64,000 nucleotides of DNA from a phage. Both the position numbers and the translations under genes were made by a program. The notes below the pieces were generated by a model, which was not told the DNA's origin, did no database searches, and saw nothing but the letters and a program-made list of their open reading frames with translations. The stretch lies in the NCBI GenBank assembly GCA_018509705.1, contig GCA_018509705.1_3630.1, one strand, 5' to 3'. Of the stretch, positions 1-8,814 are shown piece after piece (positions within the stretch are counted from its first letter, which is position 1; every line of letters begins with the position of its first letter).

Positions 1-178
1 CTCGCCCCTCGTAGGCGAGTGCCAATGAAGGGCCGACACTACCCATAGTAAGTAATAAATTTAAAACATGGTACTTAGGATCTAATATATTCTACATAAG
101 TTAAGTATATGTACTTAGTACCATAAGTACTAGATCTTTTGTTTTTTATTATTTAGTTATTTTAGTTATATTCTTTAT

Positions 179-222
179 GTGTCCGTATCACGGACAGTTA
201 GTGTCCGTATTACGGACAGTTA
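179..222. repeat. Two tandem 22-bp units (GTGTCCGTATCACGGACAGTTA / GTGTCCGTATTACGGACAGTTA), each with a 7-bp-arm palindrome TGTCCGT-N3-ACGGACA
   Basis: Read directly from sequence; operator-like dyad symmetry in non-coding leader. Confidence 0.8.
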
Positions 223-293
223 CTAACCTCTGTTCCAGAGCGAACATAAAACATACGAATCCTTATAGTACAGATATTTAAGTTTTTACTGGT

Positions 294-644
294 CTAACCA
301 GTTGTTGACATTCGAATAACTTCTTCTGGTGGCAAAACTTTGGAAAATGTGCATCTTTTACCTCTCCCTTGTGTGGATATTTCAACCACTCCCGCACATT
401 CTAAAGTTTTAACGCACGCTGCTGCTTTTGTTTTCTTTATTCCAACATCTGCTGCAATTTTCCTTGTGCTGGGTGTGAAGCGTGAACTTCCTCCAAGCTT
501 ATACCAGTTGTGCAGGTAGCAGTATACGATCTTGTCATACAAGTCAAGAACAACAACCTCCCCAGTTGTGTCATTCAAAACTTTTGACATAGATAGTATT
601 TCAAGGGGGACTTTAAGATATAGCAGCTTATCCCCATCTTTCAT
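294..644 (-). CDS. Hypothetical protein, possible helix-turn-helix DNA-binding protein
   Basis: 116-aa ORF; segment TRKIAADVGIKKTKAAACVKTLECAGVVE resembles an HTH/winged-helix recognition region. Confidence 0.4.
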   Translation of the reverse strand: MKDGDKLLYLKVPLEILSMSKVLNDTTGEVVVLDLYDKIVYCYLHNWYKLGGSSRFTPSTRKIAADVGIKKTKAAACVKTLECAGVVEISTQGRGKRCTFSKVLPPEEVIRMSTTG

Positions 645-691
645 ATCTCCTGATTCTCCTTGTGTGGCAATTTTCTTTAAAATAGCAGGGA

Positions 692-1246
692 TTACTCCCC
701 GCTGTCAATAGCAAAACTCATTGCAATACGGTATGCCTCTTCTAATGGTAAGAGTCTCCCCCACACATCCCAACCGACATCAAACTGTCTGCCAAACAAC
801 TGTTGTGTGGTTCCGTGAGCATGACCGAACAGTTGGACTGATCCGTGAGGCTTTCTGTTCCACTTTGCAAACTGGTAATGGCTCATACAGATCAAATTCT
901 TGTTGTGGCGAAGCTCGTAATAATCTACAACCTCATGACCGAACTCTTTCATAATTCTGACAGTCGTCCTTGTGTCATGGTTACCACGAACAAGAATAAT
1001 ATGTCCGTTCAACATATTTAGAACATCTGGGAGCAATTTGTTGATATTCTTATCATTAGTGCACGCAATATCTCCCAAGTGAAACACAGTGTCTGCAGGT
1101 GACACAACAGAGTTCCACTTGGTGATGATTCCCGCATTCATACTGTCAAGATTGTGATCATACTGAGATCTGTGTTTTTGACATGAGTCGAACTCCATGA
1201 CCCGCTGGTGGAGAAAGTGTGTGTCGCTTGTTACAAAGTATTTCAT
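692..1246 (-). CDS. Calcineurin-like metallophosphoesterase (Ser/Thr phosphatase-like)
   Basis: Motifs VTSDTHFLH, HLGDIA and VRGNHD match the metallophosphatase signature; start moved to internal Met (MKYF) to remove overlap with upstream gene. Confidence 0.75.
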   Translation of the reverse strand: MKYFVTSDTHFLHQRVMEFDSCQKHRSQYDHNLDSMNAGIITKWNSVVSPADTVFHLGDIACTNDKNINKLLPDVLNMLNGHIILVRGNHDTRTTVRIMKEFGHEVVDYYELRHNKNLICMSHYQFAKWNRKPHGSVQLFGHAHGTTQQLFGRQFDVGWDVWGRLLPLEEAYRIAMSFAIDSGE

Positions 1247-1253
1247 ACATTCC

Positions 1254-1721
1254 TCATTTAAGTTTAATGCAGTTTTTAAGCTGGCGTTCCATACGATCCA
1301 CAACCCTGTCTGGAACATCATGAATGCTTTTATTACCATGGCGGTTTTCAACCACGATCACGGTATAACTATACCCATGACTGATCGCCATGTCAATATA
1401 TTCTTGCACATATTTTTCTTTTGTAAACGTATTACTTACCACGATACGGTCGTATCCCATACGCATCATATCTTCTACGTTATCTTTGCACCATTTTGCT
1501 GCAAGTGTTACTTTACTTGCATCCCAGTTGTAATTTCCATCATCGTCGTACCAGAACATGTCGTTCTCAAAATGTGGATACAGACCTTCTAAAGATAGCG
1601 CATTTGCCAGTGTTGATTTGCCAGACCCTGGTAGACCACGCACGATATATAGCATTTTAGACATAGTAATCCTCCGTTTTAATTTCAACGATAGTATACC
1701 CAACTGTTTTGTTAATTTCAA
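1254..1721 (-). CDS. P-loop NTPase, polynucleotide-kinase-like
   Basis: Walker A GLPGSGKST near N-terminus; about 150 aa; immediately upstream of the phosphatase on same strand; start may be internal Met (MSKMLYIV). Confidence 0.6.
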   Translation of the reverse strand: MKLTKQLGILSLKLKRRITMSKMLYIVRGLPGSGKSTLANALSLEGLYPHFENDMFWYDDDGNYNWDASKVTLAAKWCKDNVEDMMRMGYDRIVVSNTFTKEKYVQEYIDMAISHGYSYTVIVVENRHGNKSIHDVPDRVVDRMERQLKNCIKLK

Positions 1722-1724
1722 GTG

Positions 1725-1758
1725 TTGACACTAGGTTATTTGTGTGGCAGGATAGACT
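1725..1758 (+). promoter_or_regulatory. Candidate sigma70-type promoter (TTGACA at 1725-1730, weak -10)
   Basis: Exact -35 hexamer upstream of first + strand gene; -10 is poor. Confidence 0.35.
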
Positions 1759-1785
1759 GACAAAATGACAAATGAGGAATGTATA

Positions 1786-2700
1786 ATGAAGTATTTTAAT
1801 GCAGACGACCTAGTTGACAAAGGTCTTGTAACCAGCAGATATTACCCAGATCTTGGGTTAAAGATCTATAAATATGCCAGAAAAGTATTCTACAACAACT
1901 TATGGCATTTGTCTCCTCGATTACTGGAGTGCCGAGGCATTGTTGTCGGTAATGAAGGAAATGTTGTGGCATGGCCCTTCACAAAAGTGTTTAACTTGGG
2001 AGAAAACTCCACCAACCTGCCTGACAATAAGCTTGTGACGGCGGTAGAGAAAAAGAACGGATTCCTTGGTGTGGTGTCATCTCATAAAGGTGAACTATTG
2101 TTCTCAACAACCGGGTCTCTTGATTCTCCATATTGTAACCTTGCAAAGGAAACCATCCAGGAGCAATGCAGTAATTTAGATCTTATCAAGAAGGTTATGG
2201 GCAATGAAAACATGACATTCATGTTTGAAATTTGTCACCCTTCAGATCCGCATATTGTTCAGGAAGATCATGGTGCATATTTGATAGGTTGCAGATATAA
2301 TGATTCTGGAATAATGCTACCAGAAGCAGCTTTAGATGGGATTGCCAAATACCTTGGTGCAAAACGTCCTCACACTGTGCGTGAAATTCCGTTCAGTTAT
2401 GCAAAAGAATTGGCTGCAGAAACAAGAGGTGAAGGGTATATGATTCGTAAGCCTTACTACCCTTATGATCTGCAGCTGAAGATTAAGTCTCCATACTATC
2501 TGGCACGGAAGGCCGTAATGAGGGGTAAAGCTTGGAAGATTTGGGATGATGATATCTTTAAACGTGTTGACGAAGAGTTTTACGGCATGGTAAACTTCAT
2601 TCGTAACAACTACACAGAGGATGTATGGAACTGCCTCCTGGAGCAGGAACGCCGTGAGATACTTGATTACTATTTCCACAACGAGAACTATATGCAATGA
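1786..2700 (+). CDS. Nucleotidyltransferase-superfamily polynucleotide ligase, probably RNA ligase
   Basis: Motif I-like EKKNGF (KxNG), motif IV EGYMIRK, motif V LKIKSP; start set at second ATG (1786) preceded by GAGGA. Confidence 0.5.
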   Translation: MKYFNADDLVDKGLVTSRYYPDLGLKIYKYARKVFYNNLWHLSPRLLECRGIVVGNEGNVVAWPFTKVFNLGENSTNLPDNKLVTAVEKKNGFLGVVSSHKGELLFSTTGSLDSPYCNLAKETIQEQCSNLDLIKKVMGNENMTFMFEICHPSDPHIVQEDHGAYLIGCRYNDSGIMLPEAALDGIAKYLGAKRPHTVREIPFSYAKELAAETRGEGYMIRKPYYPYDLQLKIKSPYYLARKAVMRGKAWKIWDDDIFKRVDEEFYGMVNFIRNNYTEDVWNCLLEQERREILDYYFHNENYMQ

Positions 2701-3047
2701 AGAAGTTGATTGTGTGGCTAGATGACTTGAGAGATCCGTCAAATTATGGGCTCCCAGACGCTATTTGGCTAAAGAATTCCTCCGAGTTTATGGATTTTAT
2801 TAACGATAATAAAAAGCTCTACAGACGCGTTTCTGAGTGGCATATGGACAACGACCTTGGAGAGGTATTCGAAGGGTACGATTGCCTATCCATGTTGGAG
2901 GAAAAGTTTGTATTTGGTAAGCCTCCTGTAGTTGACAACGTGAAGATTTTCGTGCATACTTCTAACCCATCAGCGGCTCGTAAATTCATGCTTGCGACTG
3001 ACTCGTTTAAAAAGTTTGGAATAGAGATTAAACAAAACATCTACTGA
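2697..3047 (+). CDS. Hypothetical protein
   Basis: 116-aa ORF overlapping upstream stop (ATGA coupling); no motif recognised. Confidence 0.45.
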   Translation: MKKLIVWLDDLRDPSNYGLPDAIWLKNSSEFMDFINDNKKLYRRVSEWHMDNDLGEVFEGYDCLSMLEEKFVFGKPPVVDNVKIFVHTSNPSAARKFMLATDSFKKFGIEIKQNIY

Positions 3048-3055
3048 GGACACTT

Positions 3056-3817
3056 ATGCGACGACTGATTGTTATCTCCGGTGCTGGTTTGAGTGCTGAA
3101 TCTGGTATTCCCACTTTCCGATCTGGTAGCACTGCAATGTGGGAGAATTTCAGCATCGATGAGGTGTGCAACATCCACACCTTTGCCAAGAACTACTATA
3201 AGGTGCATGACTTTTACAATGCACGTCGTGTAGCTTTAGGCAGTGTTGAGCCTAACCTTGCACATCTTCGGATCGCTGAGTGGTATTCCCGCTGGTCTGG
3301 TCGTGTGATCAACCTTACCACCAATGTAGATGATTTGCTGGAGCGTGCTGGTGTAAAACATGAAGATATTTTACATGTCCACGGGTATTTGCCAGAAATA
3401 GTCTATGAGGACGATGAAGGAAGTGACGTCATTAAGGACATTGGATACTCTGAGGTAGACGCAGGAAAGTATACCTGGGTTAAGCCTAATGTGGTGTTCT
3501 TCGGAGAAGTAGCTCCGAAGTATACAGACATGTATGACCTGTTGACTTCTCTTACGAGCAATGATATGGTTATCCTTGTAGGGTGCTCCAACACAGTTAT
3601 CAATTTTAACTGGGAGCTATTCCCTGCCTGCAATAAGGGAACCAAACTACTGATCGTTAATAAATACGACTCACAGCATCTAGAGGAGAATGGCATTTCA
3701 CGTAGTGATATTTACCAGTATGAGGATCGCGGCATCCCAGTTTGGTTTAACGGTGCGGTTGATGCCTTCTCTGATAAAACATTCATTGAGACTGTAGAAA
3801 ACTTTATGGAACTTTAA
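3056..3817 (+). CDS. Sir2-family (sirtuin-like) protein lacking the zinc-ribbon cysteines
   Basis: GAGLSAESGIPTFRSG (GAGxSxxSGIPxFR), TTNVDDLLERAG (TQNID-like), HVHG catalytic His, VVFFGE; no CxxC pairs. Confidence 0.75.
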   Translation: MRRLIVISGAGLSAESGIPTFRSGSTAMWENFSIDEVCNIHTFAKNYYKVHDFYNARRVALGSVEPNLAHLRIAEWYSRWSGRVINLTTNVDDLLERAGVKHEDILHVHGYLPEIVYEDDEGSDVIKDIGYSEVDAGKYTWVKPNVVFFGEVAPKYTDMYDLLTSLTSNDMVILVGCSNTVINFNWELFPACNKGTKLLIVNKYDSQHLEENGISRSDIYQYEDRGIPVWFNGAVDAFSDKTFIETVENFMEL

Positions 3818-3830
3818 AAGGAGACCTTTA

Positions 3831-4544
3831 ATGCTGAATACTAAATTAATTGACAACCTGGAAAAACTATCCCAACCTGAAAACTACCTTTGGTCTGCCA
3901 ACTGGGTGGAAAACTGGAACCGTGTGGCAGCTAAAGTGAAAAAATCATACACACCATTCGAATTACAGCTTAGCTTCATTGAGGAAGAGTTCAATGAAGT
4001 TTTGGAAGAGCTGGAGAAAGGTGATGGTGGAGATCACCTGCTAAAAGAGGCCTGCGATCTTCACGTTGTCACAAGTTATGCAGCTTATCTTGTTAATGAC
4101 AATCACGAAAAGTGGTCAAACCTGTTTGATAATCCACGAGGTCTTAAGTTCAAGATCGGTGAGTTCTATGACACACTGATCGCTGCGAAAAACACATCCA
4201 AGCAAAGAGCGTCAGCTTACCGTTTAGCGGAGTTGTCAACAGCTTTGCTGTTCCAGCTTCGCGGCGATGTGTGCGGGATGATGCGTAAGGTTCTCAAATC
4301 GAATGACAGCAAGTTTGCACGGGTCAACCATCTACGGTATTCACACGGTGCCAGTGCAGATATGCCTGCTGAACAACTCATCGAGTTGGAGATTAAAGAT
4401 CTTGAGCGACGCTTTGATGGTCGATATGAAGGTTTTGTTGCTAAGGAAGAATTCTACAACGGTAATAAAGTTATCATATTCCTCGACAGTAAAGGTAAGA
4501 TTATGAAGCCTTCAAGCTTCAAGGATGTAACAGAATATATTTAA
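3831..4544 (+). CDS. MazG-like nucleotide pyrophosphohydrolase (putative)
   Basis: Acidic EEEFNEVLEELEK...EACDLHVV segment resembles the MazG EExxE...D motif. Confidence 0.45.
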   Translation: MLNTKLIDNLEKLSQPENYLWSANWVENWNRVAAKVKKSYTPFELQLSFIEEEFNEVLEELEKGDGGDHLLKEACDLHVVTSYAAYLVNDNHEKWSNLFDNPRGLKFKIGEFYDTLIAAKNTSKQRASAYRLAELSTALLFQLRGDVCGMMRKVLKSNDSKFARVNHLRYSHGASADMPAEQLIELEIKDLERRFDGRYEGFVAKEEFYNGNKVIIFLDSKGKIMKPSSFKDVTEYI

Positions 4545-4550
4545 TAATAT

Positions 4551-4578
4551 AGCCGGGGCGATCCCGGCTTTACTTGTT
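4551..4578 (+). terminator. Rho-independent terminator
   Basis: Hairpin AGCCGGGGCGATCCCGGCT followed by T-rich tract, just after the MazG-like gene. Confidence 0.55.
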
Positions 4579-4608
4579 TCGGAAAGTATGCAAGTGAGGT
4601 AGAAAGTT

Positions 4609-4917
4609 ATGTACAAGCACTCCAGAGATCTTGAAAACGATGCTGTGTTTGGGGATCAGATGAAAGAATTGGTTAAACTTATAGGTAGGATAGAGGATAA
4701 GTTTGACACTAAGATCTACATCGACAGCAAAGTATTCAACCACAAAATATGGACAAATCTGTGTGTTGGACTACATGGAGATAAAGATGTGGTAAATTTA
4801 GTTGTAATTAAGTTCATAGTGTGGCAGAATAAAACTATAAATTATTACGATCCACACCTGCTTGTTTACCCGATAAAAGACCTATTAGAGAAGGAGGACT
4901 GCAATGCCGTTATTTAA
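4609..4917 (+). CDS. Hypothetical protein
   Basis: 102-aa ORF in co-oriented array; no motif recognised. Confidence 0.4.
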   Translation: MYKHSRDLENDAVFGDQMKELVKLIGRIEDKFDTKIYIDSKVFNHKIWTNLCVGLHGDKDVVNLVVIKFIVWQNKTINYYDPHLLVYPIKDLLEKEDCNAVI

Positions 4918-5173
4918 TCTTGCTAAACCTGTAGAAGCACACCAGTTTGACGGAAGCTCTTCATCAGTATCTGATCTGCAACGGTGGATTGATACAGGTG
5001 TGTTTACATCGTCACCTGTTCGGACCAGAGATCTTCGTCGTATGTGTGAGCTTGTAGAGCCGTTTGGTAACCTAGTCTTGTACCAGGGTGATTGGCTTGT
5101 TGATTTTATGGGTGACTGGTTGGTAATGAGTAAAGAAGAGATGTTTAAAATTTTTAAGGAAGAGGTAGAGTAA
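4904..5173 (+). CDS. Hypothetical protein
   Basis: 89-aa ORF; stop overlaps ligase start. Confidence 0.4.
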   Translation: MPLFNLAKPVEAHQFDGSSSSVSDLQRWIDTGVFTSSPVRTRDLRRMCELVEPFGNLVLYQGDWLVDFMGDWLVMSKEEMFKIFKEEVE

Positions 5174-6438
5174 TGCATCAATTCAAAACAACACTTTATG
5201 CTCGCAATAAAGACGGGTCCATCCAGATGTGGAAAGTAGATACAAGCGGCAACGAGGTTATTGTTGTGTTCGGCAGGGTTGGTGGCGCTGTACAATCAAA
5301 AACCACAAAATGTGAAGCCAAAAACATCGGGCGATCCAACGAAACTACAGCAGAAGAACAAGCTGTTTTAGAGGCGCAGTCTAAATGGGAAAAGCAAGTC
5401 CGGCTGGGTTACAAAGAAAATGTCGAAGACCTTGAGGCCATTGACATTTCACCTATGCTGGCGCAAGATGCTTCGAAAAAACCACACGCTATTGTGTATC
5501 CATGCCACCTGCAACACAAACTTGACGGGAACCGTTGCTTTGTCAAATTCGTAGACGGTGTACCTAAATTCATCTCTCGCGGTAACAAAGTGTATGAGCC
5601 GAAAGGTAACATCCTCCGTGAGCTACAAGACCTGCATGAAGAAACAGGCTTTGATGAATTTGATGGGGAGTTCTACATTCACGGTTTACCGTTGCAGAAA
5701 ATAACCTCCCTCGTTAAGAAATGGCGTAGTCTGGAAGACATTGAGAAAGAAATTGATAAGGATTTCATGGCAGACATAAAACGCCGTGAGAAAGCGATCA
5801 AGGCCGGAGAGGAGACATGGAAAGACTTCAACAAGGTTGATCATCCGGTTTATGAAGAACCTGTCCGTGATTCTGATCGGTATGGAGGTTACTGCTCTTA
5901 TGACCTGAAACTGATGGTGTTCGATGTTCCTGATTGCATCCATCGCTGGGAAGATCGGGCCACAAATCTTCAGGAAGTTATTGATTATTGTGAAGTTAAC
6001 CATCTCACAAACGTCGAGGGTGTTCCTTTCAAGATCGCCTACAACGAGGAAGAGGTTCGCAACTCCATCGGACAGTACATGCAGGAAGGTTATGAAGGAT
6101 CTATTATTCGTAACTTCTGTGGCACCTACGAATACGGTCAACGCTCTACTGATCTGCTCAAGTGGAAACTGTTCACCGATGTTGAAGCAAAAGTGATCGG
6201 TGTTGAAAAAGATAAAAACGGGGAAGGTGTTCTTATCTGCGAAGAGAAAGATGGGACACAATGCAAATGCAAAATGAAAGGCACTTTTGCCGTAAGGAAC
6301 TACGAAAAATGCTGCTCATATGTTGGCAAATTTATCACGATAAAATTCCAACAGCGTACGGTGGACGGTGTGCCTCAATTCCCTGTGGGTATCGCATTCC
6401 GCAATCTTAATCCAGAAACTTGGGAGGTGCTGGAATAA
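5173..6438 (+). CDS. ATP-dependent DNA ligase
   Basis: Motif I HKLDGNR (KxDGxR), FDGEFYIHG, EGSIIRN, LKWK. Confidence 0.75.
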   Translation: MHQFKTTLYARNKDGSIQMWKVDTSGNEVIVVFGRVGGAVQSKTTKCEAKNIGRSNETTAEEQAVLEAQSKWEKQVRLGYKENVEDLEAIDISPMLAQDASKKPHAIVYPCHLQHKLDGNRCFVKFVDGVPKFISRGNKVYEPKGNILRELQDLHEETGFDEFDGEFYIHGLPLQKITSLVKKWRSLEDIEKEIDKDFMADIKRREKAIKAGEETWKDFNKVDHPVYEEPVRDSDRYGGYCSYDLKLMVFDVPDCIHRWEDRATNLQEVIDYCEVNHLTNVEGVPFKIAYNEEEVRNSIGQYMQEGYEGSIIRNFCGTYEYGQRSTDLLKWKLFTDVEAKVIGVEKDKNGEGVLICEEKDGTQCKCKMKGTFAVRNYEKCCSYVGKFITIKFQQRTVDGVPQFPVGIAFRNLNPETWEVLE

Positions 6439-6561
6439 TGTAGGAAGGTCTAGTAGGTAACGGTAACCAATTGAATGATGGTTTTCAATTGGCACCTACA
6501 TAACCACACTATGCAGTGTTGTTGATCGGGTTAGTTATGAGTAAACTGGAGAGTATGAAAA

Positions 6562-7050
6562 ATGAAACTTGATAAAAATGTTCAACGAAAAGCTTTCTTG
6601 GATATGATCGCATATTCGGAAGGAACAGATAATGGTAGACAACCTACCAAGGATCGGGGGTACGATGTCATAGTCGGCGGCAAGCTGTTCAGCGATTACA
6701 GCAAGCATCCCGGTGTTTACGTTAAGCTAAATGCTAAACTTACCTCCTCCGCTGCTGGGCGTTACCAGGTTTTGGAGAAGTTTGCTAAACACTACATGAA
6801 ACAGTTAGGATTACCAGATTTTGGCCCTGCCAGTCAGGACAAGATTGCGTTGCAACTGATCCGTGAGTGCAAGGCTCTCGCCGACATTGATGAAGGGCGT
6901 ATTCATCAGGCCATTTATAAATGCCGCAGCCGCTGGGCAAGCTTCCCACCACCGCCAGGGGCTGGAAAGCTGTACAATCAGCGAGCAGAAAGTATAGACA
7001 AGATGCTGGAGATCTTTAAGAGGGCAGGTGGAGTTGTTACAGATGAGTAA
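6562..7050 (+). CDS. Endolysin, lambda R-type lytic transglycosylase
   Basis: Near-colinear similarity to phage lambda R as recalled (QRKAFLDM..SEGTDNGRQ..GYDVIVGG..AGRYQ). Confidence 0.9.
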   Translation: MKLDKNVQRKAFLDMIAYSEGTDNGRQPTKDRGYDVIVGGKLFSDYSKHPGVYVKLNAKLTSSAAGRYQVLEKFAKHYMKQLGLPDFGPASQDKIALQLIRECKALADIDEGRIHQAIYKCRSRWASFPPPPGAGKLYNQRAESIDKMLEIFKRAGGVVTDE

Positions 7051-7723
7051 CGGGATTGACTGGTGGAGTGTCTTTAGATACGATACAGGCACTGGAAGGT
7101 TGTTTTGGAAGTCCCCACCAAAAAACAAACCTCAACTAATGGGAAAGGAGGCTGGATGTACTAACAACGGGTACAGGGATATAGTCTATCGTGGCGTGCA
7201 TTACTACAGGCATAGATTGGTGTGGGAGATGCATTATGGACCAATCCCAGAAGGGTACGAAGTTGATCACATAAAGCCACTTTTCTATTCCGACGGTGTT
7301 GCGGATGATAGGGTAGAAAACCTACAACTGTTAACACCAGAAGAAAATGCAAAAAAGGCGGCAGATGACGGATGCCTGGCACGCAAGATACCTAAATCCA
7401 ATACTGGACATTTGGGTGTATATTTTCATGCTAGATCTGGAAGGTATGCTGCTTTTGGTAAGGTAGGTCATTACTATAAGAAAGACCTAGGAGAATACGA
7501 TACCTTAGAAGAGGCCATTGCTGCTCAAAAGTCTTTTGAAAGTGGCACGTTTGTCAGGGAATATCGTGGACAGCCTTTAGGGAGGGATAAATCTAGAGGT
7601 GTCAGATTTGAAGCAGATAGGGGCAAATGGAAAGTAACTTTCAGAGGAAAAACGCTAGGCAGGTTTGACACCAAAGAGTCTGCTGAAGCGTGTTACGCAA
7701 AGGCTCTTACTGAAAGCTTGTAA
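7043..7723 (+). CDS. HNH homing endonuclease with AP2-like DNA-binding domain
   Basis: HRLVWEMHYGPIPEGYEVDHIKP...NLQLLTPEEN (HNH) plus TGHLGVYFHARSGRYAAFG (AP2-like); start at in-frame ATG 7043. Confidence 0.7.
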   Translation: MSNGIDWWSVFRYDTGTGRLFWKSPPKNKPQLMGKEAGCTNNGYRDIVYRGVHYYRHRLVWEMHYGPIPEGYEVDHIKPLFYSDGVADDRVENLQLLTPEENAKKAADDGCLARKIPKSNTGHLGVYFHARSGRYAAFGKVGHYYKKDLGEYDTLEEAIAAQKSFESGTFVREYRGQPLGRDKSRGVRFEADRGKWKVTFRGKTLGRFDTKESAEACYAKALTESL

Positions 7724-7791
7724 CAGTATCATTGACATAACCACACGGACGTGGTATTGTCACCTCATAAAATGTTTGAGAGGGTTTAACC

Positions 7792-7998
7792 ATGAAAGAT
7801 TTTCTGTTGGCAATTTTGTTCATGGCGGCATGTCTGGCCTGTGGTGTAGTGTTTGCAGGTGAAACAGCGTATCTTGTCGATGTATATCGGGACAATGGTA
7901 AACGTATTTGCCTTTATGAGACAAGCCAAGGTGAGCTCTACGAACTTGTGAAACAAGGAGAGGCAGGTTCCTGCCCTCGTACCCATTTCTTTGAATGA
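7792..7998 (+). CDS. Putative small lipoprotein
   Basis: N-terminal hydrophobic signal with lipobox-like FMAAC/LAC motif; 68 aa. Confidence 0.4.
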   Translation: MKDFLLAILFMAACLACGVVFAGETAYLVDVYRDNGKRICLYETSQGELYELVKQGEAGSCPRTHFFE

Positions 7999-8007
7999 GG
8001 AGGATAC

Positions 8008-8472
8008 GTGGAAGACGGACGTTTAATGAAGTCTGAACGCAGGCTTATTGTGCAACTGATCCCAGAAACAGCTTGGTATAATAACCTCCGAAACGCTGTA
8101 AAGAAGAGTGAGTGGGATAAGATCCGCAAGAAGTGCTATAGAGAAGCCAACTACACCTGTGAGGTGTGCGGCGGTAAAGGCAGCAAACACCCAGTGGAGT
8201 GTCATGAACTTTACACTTTCGAAGAGGGAGTGATCCGGCTTGTCGGACTGATAGCGTTGTGCCCAGATTGTCACACATCGGTGCATCCTGGGTTAGCAAA
8301 TATTCGTGGAAAGTATGCTCAGGCAGTTAATCAGTTGGCTAAGGTGAATAAGATCACCAGAGGTATGGCAGAGGCGTATTACCGAGACTGCTTTGCAGAG
8401 TGGCGCGAGCTTAGTAAAGTTCCAGAATGGAAGACTGACTTTTCGTGGATAGAGGATTACCTTGATGGCTAA
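8008..8472 (+). CDS. HNH endonuclease (zinc-binding)
   Basis: CEVCG...ECHE...CPDCH cysteine/histidine arrangement; GAGGAGGA RBS upstream. Confidence 0.65.
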   Translation: MEDGRLMKSERRLIVQLIPETAWYNNLRNAVKKSEWDKIRKKCYREANYTCEVCGGKGSKHPVECHELYTFEEGVIRLVGLIALCPDCHTSVHPGLANIRGKYAQAVNQLAKVNKITRGMAEAYYRDCFAEWRELSKVPEWKTDFSWIEDYLDG

Positions 8473-8755
8473 GAGATCTGTAAAAGAGAAATTCGATAAG
8501 ACAGCTTTTGTATTCGATACACCTCTGGACGATATCATCAGAGGTATGCAAGCCTTGTATCGGAAGGCTGAATCTGAGCAGTTGTCTGAATCAGAACTTT
8601 ACTGGCTTGGTTGGTGGGAGTTAAACCTGCCTAGAGCTGAAAGTTCTTGTCTGAGAACTGTTAAAACGTGCGCCCAAGAAAACGCTGCACTTGGAATCTA
8701 CCACAAAAGGAAAAGATCAACAAAAAGCTCTCCAAGAAAGACTAAAAAGTCTTGA
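8462..8755 (+). CDS. Hypothetical protein
   Basis: 97-aa ORF; no motif recognised. Confidence 0.35.
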   Translation: MMAKRSVKEKFDKTAFVFDTPLDDIIRGMQALYRKAESEQLSESELYWLGWWELNLPRAESSCLRTVKTCAQENAALGIYHKRKRSTKSSPRKTKKS

Positions 8756-8781
8756 CAAAAGTGTTATTAATCTGATATTAT
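8752..8781 (+). promoter_or_regulatory. Sigma70-type promoter (TTGACA-18-TATTAT)
   Basis: Exact -35 and near-consensus -10 upstream of ORF at 8815. Confidence 0.55.
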
Positions 8782-8814
8782 CGGTCAGATATCTATAAAC
8801 TAGGAGAACTAGAT

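Noticed and set aside
7792-7998. Calling ORF 7792 an Rz1-type o-spanin
   Set aside because: Mature sequence is not proline-rich and no overlapping or adjacent i-spanin partner is visible; annotated only as a putative lipoprotein.
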